Source: Malacoraja senta (lineage: Eukaryota). Taken from it: 64,000 nucleotides of DNA. The stretch is from the NCBI GenBank assembly GCA_038087875.1, contig CM075979.1, positions 24,428,001 to 24,492,000 on the forward strand, read 5' to 3'. This document shows, one piece after another, positions 12,364 through 26,590 of this stretch (positions are counted from its first letter, which is position 1; the number at the start of each line of letters is the position of its first letter). The notes below the pieces were generated by a model, which ran no database searches, was not told where the DNA came from, and saw nothing but the letters and a program-made list of their open reading frames with translations. The position numbers were made by a program, and so were the translations under genes.

Positions 12364-15300
12364 CTGATCAGATATCCAACTTGGTTAATCTTCAAACAAA
12401 ATTCTTGGCCTAAAATTAGGAAGTGAATAGAAAGGGGAAATTGATCTAAAATGTGATTTTGTATTAAAAAAAAGATAAGTATATGGCTGTAGGGGGTCAC
12501 ACTTATTAAGTTTATTTGACTCAAGTGATTTCACCATATCACCTCCTGACTCCAACAACAGTCAGGGTCAGATGTACTATTCTGTAGAGCTGGTCCAGGT
12601 TTAGTTAATGACAAAAAGCAGCTTGCAAAAAAAAAATCTCAATTTAAAAGCAAAAACCAAACCAAAGCGTGTATCCAATGTTTGGAAATACTTGGGAGGA
12701 AAGGAATTCTGATTTGTTAAGAGTAATAATTTCAATAACAAGCAATGAATACTGCAGCAAGTCAAGTCGTGACAGAGTGCCATCTCCCTAACTGGGACTA
12801 ATCCCTGGTGTGGACCACATCCCCTTTGCCACTTTCAAACCATGTACAGAAAACCAGGAAGAAGTAGAAAGTATACTTCTACTTTCTTTGTGAAACGGTT
12901 GGTGCTGAAAGAATGTGTCTACTGTACTTCTGCCAGTAAATATGGGAAGCAAACAGAAACATGTTGCCTGACTAAGGCATGGTGGGTCTTCAAAAGGTTT
13001 GAGTTTGCTCCCCTTGTGTCTGTGTGTTGTGGGGAGGAGGAGAGGGGTGGGGAAGAAAGTGGTGTGCAATACAATTTGTGGTAGATTTGGAACTAGGCTA
13101 TAATGGTTAACAAAAAAAGGATCTCAGCTTTAAACATAAGCCTTAGTTTTTGTGGATAAATAATCTTGGCAAGTATCCTATCCCTTGTGATCAGGGTATG
13201 GATAGCATAAACAGATGTATTTTATGTTTACATTGAATGCTAGTTTGGCTGCAGTCAAAGTTTCATATAAATTAATATATGGTTAGGTTTTTACAAATCT
13301 GTGTACAGACTGTTTAATCTTAATGCAAGGTGATGCAGTCCTGAATTTATTGCTTTTTTTGGTCCTTTCTTTAAAAAAGGACTGGGCATCTTTACGCTCT
13401 TGGAAAAGATGAATTAAAGAGACTGCAATGGCTTCTTTGTCACAAATTGCGATGTAACATTTGCCAACTTTGTACAGGATATTCATGATGCATAGGTTTA
13501 GCTGCCAAGTGGTATATTGATAGAAAAAAAAAGTTTGGTCTGGCTGAAGCCAGATGTACTTTATCGGGATAATGACAGAGCTTTATTCTGTTAGTTGACT
13601 TCTGATTCAAGTTTTTAAGAAGTTCGATAGCATAATAAAAATTAAATAAGACTTGTTCATAGTTTGAGCAATATTTGAATACAGAAGCACATCTATCTGT
13701 TAGTATTGATATAGTATCTGTCTCCAGCCAGCCTTTGTAGATGATGTCTTTGAACTTCAGTCCTCATCCGGTCTCCTTGTACTGTTCTTTATCTTCCACC
13801 CCCAGTAATCTGATCCATTTCAGATTAACCGTGCAGATGGTACCTCAACAAACAACACTGATAGATAAAGATTGTAATTTTTATTGTGTTTGGTAGCTAA
13901 TGTACTTCATGAAGGTAAATTATTTTGTATGAGATGACTTCATCTATATTATGTATATGGTAGAGTATTTCTTTCTGAGATTATATATTTTGAAATTTTA
14001 CTCTTTTTTGTGGAAAAAGTCCTAGTTATGATTAATAAACAGTAGGAAACCATCCATTTGCTTTCTGTGTCTTTTTTCAATGTGGAAAACCACCTAGAAA
14101 ACAACATTATGGTATTGACGCTGGGTGCCATGTGGAAGGTTATTCAGAGCAATGACTGCCAAGGTTTAATCTATCGTTAATGAAAATTTGATTTAAAAAT
14201 ACACTCAACAATGTTAAGTAAAGTACTTGTAAATAAAAATGTAAAATCATTTAGCCATTAAAAATCAGCTACATGTTTTGCATTCTAAATATCCAAGGCA
14301 ACTTGTCAACACTCAAGTTCCTACTAGGATGAAAATCTTTATGATAACCTTGAAGCTTGAAAACATTGCACGGGGTCACGAAGCATAGAAACAGAGGTCC
14401 ATGAAGAACAAGTAATTTATTGCAAGCAACCAAATTAATTTGAGAGAAGTACAAATTAAGCATTCAAACCCAGTTGCAGGTGAGTAATGCATTTCTTTTT
14501 ATTATTCCTTTTCTCCAGAGATGCCGCCTGACCCGCTGTTAACTCCAGAATTTGTGTCTATCTACAGTATAAAGTAGCATCTGTGATTCCTTCCTACACA
14601 TTTCTTTTTATTTGGTAATGGTAACAGTAGCTTATATCTAAAGCACCTTCGATGATCTCCAGACGATAAAAAAATTAGCTTCAGTAACCATTTCTAGCTA
14701 GCCATAGAATTAACTGTAAATGCCACTGAATAATGACATGAAATTGGATAGGCAATAATAAAACAAGAATTGGGTAAATCTCCACAAAATATCTCTGCAA
14801 GGATTCTCGAGTTAGTAATTATCATTGCTCAATTAAAAACTGAGAAACCTACCGAAATAAGTTCAGAAAAGATTGAAATGTTTTTTGACTTTGATTGTTG
14901 TCCTCATTAAGGTTAATGATACATTGTATTTGAAAGCAGCACCGTTCAGGTTGAGGAGGTAGTAATATTCTGGCTTCATGTCCGCAGCTCTACAGGTTAA
15001 GTGTTATGATTTCAGAACAATTAGCTGCCTCACAAAAGCACATTGATTTTAATGAACAAGCAGCACTGCAAGGAGAAGAAAAAATAGTCAGGGCTACGGA
15101 CATTGGTTTCACCACTTCCACCCTCTGTAGGTGGAAATATTTAGGCAACATCTAGTGATCCAAGATGTCACAAATGGAGATGGAACAAAGCACAAAAGTT
15201 GCATGTGATTGCCATGAAGCTGTCTGTTTAACATATTTTTTGGGTGTAACACACAGTAACTGCTAGAGTTTGACTATGGAAATCCATCACTTTCTATAAG

Positions 15301-17859
15301 TGTTGCGCTACAAGTTCATAAATGATGATGCACATTCTTCTTTGCTATTAATTACTAATTTGAGTAACTTTGTTGTTTATACATCATTCTTACCATAAAA
15401 AACAGTGAAAATATTACATTCTGAGTTATAACAGCACCTGATAAATGTTGTACGGTGCCTCTGACCCTGACAGACTAATTCTATTTGCGAAAAATAAATA
15501 TTTTTAAATTCCTTAGATTTTATAGTTTTTAGTTTGTGATAATTCTGCTATTCAGCAAATACTTTAAAAAAAATCATTCTGTACAGATTTTAGAGAATGA
15601 GGTAAACACTTCAAATTATAACTATCTTCATGTAGTTTCTGATCGGCTCTTCATCAGCATGGTAACATCAGTCATTTTGGACGTCACAGACTCCTTGCAA
15701 AAGATACTTACAGTGAATCCCAAATACTACTCTGAGCCACAGAACCTGCTCTCGCTGAATGGACAGTGATTGTGAAGGCGAGTGGGGAGCACTGTTCCCC
15801 TATCACTGACTGGGAAATGCTGGCCATACGATTCTGGCTCATGTGTGGAATACTAGTGTCCATCAGGAAGTGTTGATCTGAGTGTGAGCATTATACCACC
15901 ACCATTAGGGTGGTCAATCTGTGGAATTCTTTGCCACAGAAGGCTGTAGAGGTCGTCAGTGGATATTTTTAAGGCAGAGATAGATAGATTTTTGATTAGT
16001 ACAGATGTCAGAGGTTATGGGGAGAAGGCAGGGTTCGGAGGGAGAGATAGATCAGCCATGATTGAATGGCAGAGTAGACATGATGGGCCGAATGGCCTAA
16101 TTCTATTCCTATTACTTATGACCTTATAACACCAAGCGTACCATCCAACAAATTTCTGTCGAGAACAGAAAGCTTTATTAGTTACTGGAAATGTAGTTTG
16201 TTTGTCTTTCTCTCTCTCTGACATACTGTAGCTTTAAAGTGAGCAGGGAAAAATTGAAAGGAAATTTGCAGCGCAGGTTTTTTTAAATACAGAAGATGGT
16301 GGGTGCCTGGAATGTGTAGCCAGGGGTAGTGTTTTTTAAGAAACCTTTGGATAGGCACATGCATATGCAGGGAATGGAGGGATATAGGTTATGTGCAGGC
16401 AGATAAGTGATGACACAATATTCGGCACAGACACGATGGGCTGAAGGACCTGTTCTTGTGCTGTACTGTTCAATGTTCTATTAGTAAATGCTGAAAACAA
16501 TCAGCTGCACTTATAGAGAATGAACTGATTTATAAATTGAATAGCTTTGAATCTGTGGGGAATGGAGGGATATGGATCATAGGCAGCTAAGACGTGGTCT
16601 TAGCACAGACATTGTGGGCTGGCCTTGTGTTCTATTTTCTATGCAAGTTTAGTACAGTGGTTACATTTTCTAATTATCAACAAAATAGAGATGTCAAGTT
16701 AAAGCTTTGTATTGAAATTTCAATGTATTCTTGTTTTTTCTGAAAAACTTACATGGAAACATAGAAAAATAGGTGCAGGAGTTGGCCATTTGGCCCTTCG
16801 AGCCAGCTATTCAATATGATCATGGCTAACCATCTAAAATCAGTACCCTGTTCCTGCTTTTTCCCCATATCCCTTGAACAAGATTGAAGAAAAATTGTTG
16901 AAGGCAAGCATGTGCTGCCGCTTTCTTTGCCACTCTGTTCACTTGTGTGGGCACTTTCAGGCAGCTGTGCACTTGCACAGATCACACACATTGAATCAAT
17001 TGACTTAAATTAGCTCATGGCTTAAACTTCTTTGCTACCTAATTACCTGCCAAACCACTTTATTTATCCTTGCGAGGAAAGAGCTGATTGCATTTTTACA
17101 ATATCTATGGAGTGAGGACATTAAGAGGTTTTAGGAAGGATGACGCAGCTTTGTATATTACTTGCTTAATTTACTTTGACTATTGGACTTCCTTAACCTT
17201 GTAGTTTCCATTTGCAGCGATGAACATGTGGTACGAAACGATAAACAAGCAGTCAGGCAGAAAATTAGATAACGAGCTAGAACTAGTTAATTCAAGTCAG
17301 CTGACATGATGTGTGAGACCAGGGAAGCAAGTGGAAAGTTTCTGCAAAGGCACAGTTTGTTTTAGCACAGCAAATTGTGTCCACAGCTCAGTCCACAGAT
17401 GTGGATTGTGATGAGTCAGGGACATTGGGAAGGTAAGGTAATGGTGTATTAGATAATTGTTGTAAAAACATTTTATAAATTAAATAATGTCATTTAATTA
17501 CAAGACTGAAGAGGGCAGGTGATGTGTTGTAGCTGTGTAACGTGGGAGCTGATGGAAACCATACTGACCATGGTGGTCACATCTCCATTGTCTGCAGGTC
17601 AAGATACTTCTCATTGATGATCTAGTGATTGATGATTTGGCTGAGATTGGGACACGGTAATAGAGCCTGTTGCTGGTACATTTTACCCTAGGATACGGTC
17701 ACACTGCTTAAAGAAATGCTGCATTGTATCTATAGTACAGAAGTCTTGAGGATGGGCTGTCAAGATGGACAAGTGGGTTGACTTTAAGCTAGGCAGCATG
17801 GGATCCAGAAGATAGGGCTGAAAGAGAAGAGGGGCAACCCTAATAACAACAGATAGAAA

Positions 17860-19525
17860 AAGTCTTGTGAGAAAGGATTATAGTTCAAGTCACAATGTAG
17901 AATTAATTTGGATGGAGTTAAGAAATAGGAAAGGGCAGAAACCATTGGTGGAGTTTGTCCACAGATCTAAAAACAATAATAGTAATATAGATCATGGTGC
18001 ACATTGGGGCTGACATTGTATGTATATGAAAAAAGGTGATTTAAGAACCTTGTGGGGATCTTAATCTCCACATGCATATGGGGCAACCCAAATTAGCTGT
18101 AATAGTGTGGAGGGAAAATTAATTTTGAAATGCCATTGAGTTGTCAAACTAGCAATGTGTAATGAGAAAGAGTTAATTAATAATTGGACATTTTAAAGGA
18201 GAGTGGTCATAATGTGATACAAGATTGAAAATGATTTAAATTAAAACTGAAGCTTGGGTCTTGACATCCTAGTTTGCTCTGTTTGGATTTGAGACCTGAT
18301 TTGACTGTAAATTGAGGAAACTATATTAATTGGTATGACTGTAAATGAACATCAATATTAGCATTTACAACATAAATGCTTACAACAACATTAATATAAA
18401 TCTTGTACATTTTTAAGGCATAAATATGAATGGCAAAAGCTGTGGCTTCTGTGAGAAGTTTAAAGTGGCATCAAATCAGAGTAGTGAACTTGATGACTGG
18501 GAACATTTTAGAGAAGTTGATTTGAGAAAAGTAGAATGCAGAAGTAAACTAGCAAAGAACATGAGAACATACTTTAAAATCTTCCGTAGATAGGTATCAA
18601 AGACAGTAATAGGACAATAGCAAAGGTCACTCATTAGTTACAAATTGAAGCAGAAGAAATGAGGAAACAGCAGAAAAGTTAAATGGGCTCTGACCTAACA
18701 CTAAAGTTCATGCAGCTTGATTCAGTTTAGGAATTGCTGGGGAGAGGTGTGAAGTCTGTAAACTGAATGGGAACCTAGGATCGTGGGTTCTATCACCTGA
18801 AAATTAGATGCTGGACATGCCAGCAAGTACCAGGAGTTTAGTTTATTGTCATGTATACTGAGGTACAGTGAAAAGCTGTAACAGGAATGAGGCAAGCAGT
18901 GCAGGGGATAAACTAGATGGTGATCAGGTAAAACTGAGTGTCGCCAATTGAGTGGTGGGACCAATTGAGGTGTTAGGCAGCATGTAGATGAGAAGTCGTA
19001 ATGTGCCTTGGAATCGTGTTGTTAAACAAGTAAGGCAAGCAACAAAATGGATGTATGAATTCAGCTACACCTTGCTAAATGAAAGATTGAACTGAAAGAA
19101 AGCATGAGTGGAATTCTGTGTCAGTCATTGGAAGTTTGCAAATATGTGCCCCTTGTTCCAAAATTAAATCCGGTGTCATTTTGATAAATATACAAAATGT
19201 AATTGCTGTGATATCAACAATAGGTTGTTTTCAATCACAAACAGAAATTGCAAAAGCTATTTACTGAAATTGGAAGCTCAAAAGGCAGATATTCTGCTGT
19301 GATGGTTATTTTGGATTAGGTCAAATGAGTGTTTAATCAATGGTGTACCTACTGTTTTGGTTGTTTGATTCTCTGACATTTAAACACATTTTTAAAAGAT
19401 CACAGTGACTTTATCATCGTGATGTTGCAAATGAACAAGTCGTTGGTGAGGCCATAATGTACACAGTTCTGGTCACGTACCTACAGGAAGGATGTTATCA
19501 GTCGAAAGGGTGCAGAGAAGAAAAT
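17860..19525 (+). mobile_element. Highly decayed CR1 ORF2 remnants
   Basis: WMELRNRKGQK-like endonuclease remnant at ~17910 and CR1 C-terminal remnants at ~19430-19520. Confidence 0.45.
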
Positions 19526-19666
19526 CAAAATGGTTTATCAAGTATTCATTGTGGGGTTTTTTTGGTCAATGATCAATTATCACTTTTTCTTCAATACATT
19601 TAATTACTTGTAACTTTACAATGCAAGGGGCTATTTCATATGCCCTGTAGTTTTAATAGTTAATAA

Positions 19667-21847
19667 CTAGAATTAATAGTTTAAAACTTCCCCAACGCAA
19701 TATTCCATCACTCACCTGTTTCCCCCAACGCAACCCGTTCCCCCAGCGTAATATTCCACCACTTTCTCCTCTTTTCCACCCCCCTCCCTCCTCTCCTCTT
19801 CTCTCCCCTCTCCCCCCTCCGATCCTCGGCGCAGTGAAATAATGCGGAGGTCCGGGAGTCGGGGGGGGGGATGAATCGCCCCAGTGTCGGGGTCCGGGGG
19901 GTGAATCACCCTGGTGTGGGGGTCATGGTCCGGTGCTGGTGCAGCACGGTCAGTGACTCTGGGTGGGCGGAGGGACCAGACTGTCCCCAACTCTGCTGCA
20001 GCTGATAAAAACGTTGCCGGGTTTGTGTCCCCGTGTGTTCGCTGCCCAGAACCATGGCCCCGCTCCACTCGACCCGTGTGTGGGCGATGCCGACGCACAG
20101 CCCGTCACAGTGCGGCCGCACAGGGGGAGACGGGACGGAGGGTGGCCGTGGCCGGACAGCGCTGACCCCGAGGGGACAGTGGGGGCTGTCCCAAGGGATC
20201 CGCTTACAATGTTACAAAATTTTGAGATTTTAAAAATAAAGTCTGTAATTTATCCCATCAGATAAAGCATAAAAAGAAGTTTAATTTGACACCTAATTCA
20301 CTTTCATATCTTCAGTATTAAAAAAGTTATGGCCATATTCATACTCGGAAATTAGCATCTTGTTCCCTATTGGTTTTCCATTGACTTAACACAAAAGCTG
20401 TGATCGAGGACAGTCAAAAGCCCATAACTTTCTTAAAAATTAAGAGAACTGAAAGAAATTTTCAGTTATTATAGATTGAAGCATTCTGAAACAAATATGA
20501 AACAATCTTACTTAGATGACATGAAATTAAAGCATATAATTAGTTAGTTACCTAATTGTAGCTAATTACAAAATTCAATTACTAGATCTAAACATCTATC
20601 AATTTCTTAAGAATAGATTAACATTTTTAAATAGCCTGTGTCCAAATAACATTCACACAAGAATTCACAATATAACATAATTTTAAAATCTCATTGTCAT
20701 GGATTTACAGGCCAAATGGAAGGAATTTAATGTTTAATACCTGTAAATTAATGGCCATTTAAATAATCTTGCGAATGGGGTTTACTGGAACGCGATCAAT
20801 TGGAACGTTGATTTGCGTTGAATTTAACCCCATATCGGCATGAAAAATTCTGCCGTTAGTTCGGGGAAAAGAATTACCGTTTCGCATTAAAAAATGTGAA
20901 TTAAAGGCTTCTTACTAAGCACTTTTATACATTAAAATAAACTACTTTCGTTTACCTGTCCCGTGTGTGAAATCCGTCCCCGTTGTCGGCGTTGACGGCT
21001 TCAGAAGCTGATTTTAAAATGACTCCAGCGCTGACATTGTCGATCGAATAAAAATAAAAAATACACAAACGCCCGTTGGAACGATTTTTCAGCAAACGCG
21101 TGCACTCCAACGAAATATTAACCAGGACAAGGTAGGAGAAACCCGCCTTTTAACCCCGCCCCCCCCTTAAAGGTGCCAAAATCGCGCACACGGCCAGTGG
21201 CAGAATTGCAGCGCCGCTGAAGGTAAGTATTGTAACATACCTACACCGGGTGTCTGAGTGCTCAGGTTCAGCCCGCTCAGTCACCCTCCAGCCCCGGGCG
21301 GTCATGGGCCGGGACTTGCCCTCAATCTGCTGGCACGCTGCTCTTTCGCAGGTCAGTCATGAAAAACATTTGTATCTTCTCTCTGTCTGTGAGTAGCAGT
21401 GATGTTGGCGTTTTTACCAGGTAAGAATGTACGTGTTGCATGTGCGGTACTCCAGAAGGCTTGAGCGACTCCGTGCTTTACGCCCTTTGACCTTGTGACC
21501 TTCCGTGCAACATCCCTATTTAAATGCAGCCTTCACCCTGACGTCACTGGAAGCTGGTACCCGCCCTCCCCCTCCTCCCCCTGCCCCCATTGCAGGGCAT
21601 TGTGACTACACTTTGGAAGCGGATTTTCCGTTTAAAAACTTGGTTTGGGGTATTTTTAAAACCATGTAACTTGTGAAATATAGCAAGAAATGTGGTGAAG
21701 CAGTTTATTTTGTCAATTTGATGAATAATCTGTGAAAAATTCTGCACTCGTGCGTGGCGTTTTGACGAAGGTAGAAAGACACAAACGCATACACACGCAC
21801 ACATGTATACATACATACAAGATGAGACTTTTAATACATAATATAGA
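19667..21847 (-). mobile_element. Probable non-autonomous Helitron containing TIR element copy 1
   Basis: On minus it begins A|TCTATATTATG...AAAAGTCTCATCTTG followed by (TG/TA)n and ends CTAG|T, fitting the TC...CTRR termini and AT target rule. Interior is GC-rich with short tandem repeats. No GC-rich subterminal hairpin is visible, so the 3' boundary is uncertain. Confidence 0.55.
20204..21243 (+). mobile_element. Non-autonomous TIR DNA transposon, copy 1 (damaged left end, no TSD)
   Basis: Colinear with 32504-33541 over about 1.04 kb. Right end TTGTAACATACCTA; left end reads TTACAATG instead of TAGCAATG. Confidence 0.85.
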
Positions 21848-23899
21848 TGGCGCTGTATTCATTGAATGTGTTCTTTCAATTCCCATTGAGAAATGAAAAG
21901 ACTGTTGATTAACACATCTATAAAATAGCCCATTTGCCGGTAAGACAGACTTGGAAACACTTGGAAATTTAGTGGTTCAAGTTTATTCTTCATTTGATCA
22001 AAGAACAGTCATACTTTCCTCCATGAGCAAATTAATCCTCTTTTTAACTTGTAGATGCTGTGCACAGTTTATGGTGGAACACTTTTTAAAAATCTTTTGA
22101 GGCTAGAACAATAAATTTAGATACTGTAGGAATCAAGAAGATGTTGCACCTAATTTTATTAAGTAGTTGACAGATAACCAATATACTTTGCCTTTTATTT
22201 CCATATATAAATATGATCTTTAAGTGTAAATAGATTTGTTGACTCATTATTTCCACTGAAATTTCAGACATTGCAACATTCAATCCGGAAAGATGCTTTA
22301 TCATCTGAAATCAGATGCAAGGTGGCAATCAATGTTATTTAAAATTTGTCAGAAGCAGCACACCATATCAAAGGACTCCCTTGCCCATGTGATGCCCATT
22401 GTTGGAAGAGACAGCATGGAGGCCATTTTGAACTATAACATTCCAATAGTGGTCAAACATGGAGCTCATAGTTGATGGTTCTGCAGTGTGCAGATCAATT
22501 TCCTACTCTGATGCTCCAACAATCCATGGTAGATAATGGCAGAACCTGCCTTCCATCAATGTCCTGCACTTGGCCAACAAGGCAGTTACAAACCCAGATG
22601 AATGATATAGAAAGCCCTTTCACAATACTATTATTATCCGCAATATCCTAGAAAATGTGGGGTTTCCCATCCAAAAAGCAGTCATTGGCAAGAGGTTGAA
22701 CAGGGTACAAAAGCTCGGGGTAAGTAGAATATGTTGATTCATGACTGATTGATTAATTCATGACCCAATCTACACTTCATTTTTTTAGGATCATTTGAGG
22801 CTAGAAGAATAATAAATTCAGATAATGTCCCAAGGAAATGTTGCACTTAATTTTATTAAGTGGTTGACAGATAACCAACACACAGTACTTTGTCTTTTAT
22901 TTCTAAAATATAAGTATGATCTTTTTAATTTAGTAACTATAAGTCGATTCATGACTTTGGTTCCTGGCCCTTCACATGCTTGCTTGTTTCAATTACATTT
23001 CGTTAAATGTGTAATGGGATGATAACTGCAGCAACCCATAGTCTACTCCATTTATAAAGCTCAAATTGCTTTCCCTTCCACTAGTACTATTATTATCTTC
23101 CCAACATCTCCAGCAGATTATTACAACAGCAACTTGAGATTATTGTGTTGGCAATTCCTTCCCAATTGGGGCAAGGGCAAGACGAATGTTGAGTGCAACG
23201 TGAAAATGGTGCACACCGTTTTGATCTTTGACACAGTTTATCATTCCTTCAACCTCTATCGGTAAGCTGGAATTCCCCAGTGACTCCATTGTAAGAGCAC
23301 ATTCTTCTCACAGACTTCAGTTGAAGAATCTCATAAAAGACTCTTGCATATTTTTAAATAGAAAACCCCCCAATTATCATTGGTTAACAGAGCTAGTTAT
23401 TAGTCTAACCCAGTTAAGTTTTATTGCTCTTTTAAGGAATTTTAGTACAGCTGGAAATAAATTGCAATTGTCACTGTAGATGTTATTTTTCAGCAAAGAT
23501 TGCTAAATTTAAGTCACAATTGGTGTACATATGAAGGGTTAGTAATAATTGGCATTAATTAAATCTAAATACTGAAAGCCTACAACTGACTTAATCTTCA
23601 AGCATAATACTATGAGCAGTTTAGGACAGGCAATCACTTGAGACTCTTGATGTGCTCTGAGCACATTATTGATTGAAGCTGGAATGTTTGTATTTTATAA
23701 TGAAAGCTTAGAAATAATAAAAGGAAGTTAAGTCCCAAAATTATTTCAGTTTCTAATTTTTCCCAATCTATTATTTTAAAAGCCTATGGCTTTAAAAGAT
23801 GGTGTGCCGGTCCCAGAAAAGGTTCTGCTCTCATCTATTTCAATTGCTCCACTCTATTAAATCTTTATTTCAACAGCAGCATTTCTTGCATCACTGGCT

Positions 23900-25710
23900 G
23901 AATCACTTCCGGCTCCCTGCCCTCCCAAGCCTCCAACCTCATTGTTCCCCAGCCCCGCACGGCCCGATTTTATCTTCTCCCTAAAATCCACAAAACTGAC
24001 TGTCCTGGCAGACCCATTGTTTCTGCTTGTTCATGTCCCACCGAACCTATTTCCACATACCTCAACTCCATCCTATCTCCTCCTCCTCCCCCCCCCCCCC
24101 CTGGGGTCAAATTCATCCCCACCTATGTCCAAGACACCTCGCACGCTCTTCGTCTCCTTCATGACTTCTGTTTTCCAGGCCCCCACTCCCTCATCTTCAC
24201 TATGGATGTCCAGTCACTCTACACCTCCATCCCCAACCAGGAGGGTCTTAAAGCCCTCCGTTTCTTCCTCGACCGCAGAACCAACCAATCCCCATCTACT
24301 AATACTCTCCTCCGCCTATCAGAGCTGGTCCTTAACCTCAACTTTTCCTTTGACTCCTCCCATTTCCTCCAAATCCAAGGCGTAGCTATGGGCATTCGCA
24401 TGGGCCCCAGCTATGCCTGCCTCTTTGTAGGGTACGTTGAACAATCCTTGTTCGAGGCATACCATGACCCTACCCCCAAACTCTACCTCCACTACATCGA
24501 CGATTGCATTCTGCACCAATGCAGAACTCACTGACTTCATCCATTTCACCACTAATTTCCATCCGGCACTCAAATTCACCTGGACCATTTCCGACATCTC
24601 CCTACCGCTTCTAGATCTCACCATCTCCATCGCAGGCAACAGACTACTGACTGACATGCACTACAAACCCACTGACTCCCATAGCTATCTGGACTACACT
24701 TCTTCCCACCCTGCTTCCTGCAAGGACTCTATCCCCTTCTCCCAATTCTTCTGAATACGCTGCATCTGCACCCAGGATGAGGTGTTCCAGACCAGGGCAT
24801 CGGAATTGGCTTCATTCTTTAGAGAACGGGAGTTCCCTTCTATTATTGATGAGGCTTTCACCAGGGTCTCCTCTATATCCCGCAGCTCCGCTATTACTCC
24901 TCATCCCCCTACTCGTTACAAGGACCGAGTCCCCCTTGTCCTCACCTTCCACCCCATCAGCCGTCGCATACAACATATCCTCTGACATTTTCGCCACCTC
25001 CAACGGGATCCCACCACTGGCCACATCTTCCCATCTCCTCCCCTTTCTGCTTTCTGCAGAGACCGTTCCCTCCATAACTCCCTGGTCAATTTGTCTCTTC
25101 CCTCCCAAGCCACCGCCTCCCCTGGTACTTTCCCTTGCAACCGCAGGGAATGCTGCACTTGTCGCTTTACCTCTCCCCCACCCACCCCCACCCCCCCCCC
25201 CGACTCCATCCAAGGACCCAAGTAGTCTTGCCAGATGAGGCAGAGGTTCACCTGCACCACCTCCAACCTCATCTACTGCATCCAATGTTCCAGGTGTCGC
25301 CTAACACCTCCGCTCAGTTTGCACTAACCAACCTGATCTCCCAGTGGCTCAGCACTTCAACTCCTCCTCCCATTTCAAATCTGACCTTTCTGTCCTGGGC
25401 CTCCTCCATGGCCAGAGTGAGGCCCAGCGCGAATTGGAGGAACAGCACCTCATATTTTGCTTGGGTAGTTTACACCCCAGCGATATGATCATTGACTTCT
25501 CTAATTTCAGATAGTCCTTGCTTTCTCCCTCCTTCCCATCCCCCTTCCCAGCTCTCCCACAAGCCTACTGTCTCTGCCTCTTCCTTTCTTTTTCCCGTCC
25601 CCCCTCCGATATCAGTCTGAAGAAGGGTCTCGAGCTGAAATGTCGCCTATTCCTTCTCTCCATAGATGCTGCCTCGCCCGCTGAGTTTCTCCAGCATTTT
25701 TGTCCACCTT
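23900..25710 (+). mobile_element. Penelope-like retroelement, 5'-truncated and frameshifted (RT + GIY-YIG + pLTR)
   Basis: PRTARFYLLPKIHK, MDVQSLYTSIP, GVAMGIRMGPSYA and YIDD RT motifs; FTCTTSNLIYCIQCSRC endonuclease remnant; ends in a CTGAAGAAGGG... pLTR. Confidence 0.9.
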
Positions 25711-26436
25711 GCATTAGCTATTCTCTTCTTGATCTCCTCTCAGACCTGTCGAACTATCTTTAATCAGTCTTTGTCTTGCACATGATTTGTCCTTTATCCT
25801 TTATCTGTGGATGCCTTGATTGTAATCACGTATAGTGTTTGACTGGATACCACGCAAACAAAAGCTTTTCAATGTACCTCGGTACATGTGACAATAATAA
25901 ACTCCACTAAACTATAGCGATGATCCCAACAACTTTCCAAGTTGTATCCTGAAAGAAAATTTAAATTCTGGTTGTCTGTTTTCACATGTTCCATGCAGTC
26001 TGATCAAACTTTCAGGAGCTGCAATGGAATCTATCTTGAGACAGGTCAGAAATAAGATGTGTATATGTGACAGATGACAATTGATATAAGCAAATGCTCA
26101 ACATGGTCATTACATTGACAGAGTATGCAAGGATCCAATGCTAAAGATGGAAAACTATGAAGCAATCTCATTGATCCGAAAACTATCTTATTTTCCAAGA
26201 AGCGTTCAAACAACTATCCTAGTTCGAAAGAGATCCTTGAGACTGATCAACATGTTTTGGAGTCTCTATAAGAAATGGCATGAAACATTTTACTTGTGGA
26301 AATGGATGATTGAGAGATAATCTTACAACCTATTAAAATACTTTTTTTAAATTGCAGTTATGCCTTTGTGATGGGTAATTTTAGACCTAATTAAAAATTA
26401 CTTTGTACCATCTACTCTGTGGAACAGCTTTCCAAT

Positions 26437-26590
26437 AGAAGACACAAAGTGCTGGAGTAACTCAGCTGGTCAGGCAGCATTTCTGGAGAACATGGATAGC
26501 TGACACTTTGGGTCGGGACCCTTCTTTGTACTGAGTTACTCCAGCACTTTGTCTTTTTTTGTAAATTAGCATCTGTAGTTCCTTGTTTCT
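26437..26590. mobile_element. Palindromic Penelope pLTR-derived insert
   Basis: Same family; AGCTTTCCAAT duplicated at 26426-26436 and 26591-26601. Confidence 0.7.

Larger units (their letters stand above)
4178..14260 (+). other. SYT7: Putative long SYT7 3' UTR, candidate distal poly(A) signal AATAAA at 14232-14237
   Basis: Non-coding sequence downstream of the stop. AU/UG-rich unique blocks at about 4450-5200 and 12600-14250 look UTR-like. Several earlier AATAAA exist (e.g. 5830), so the end point is uncertain. Confidence 0.35.

Noticed and set aside
19712-20265. Overlapping GC-rich ORFs on both strands
   Set aside because: Expected from high GC content in transposon cargo; no recognisable domain.
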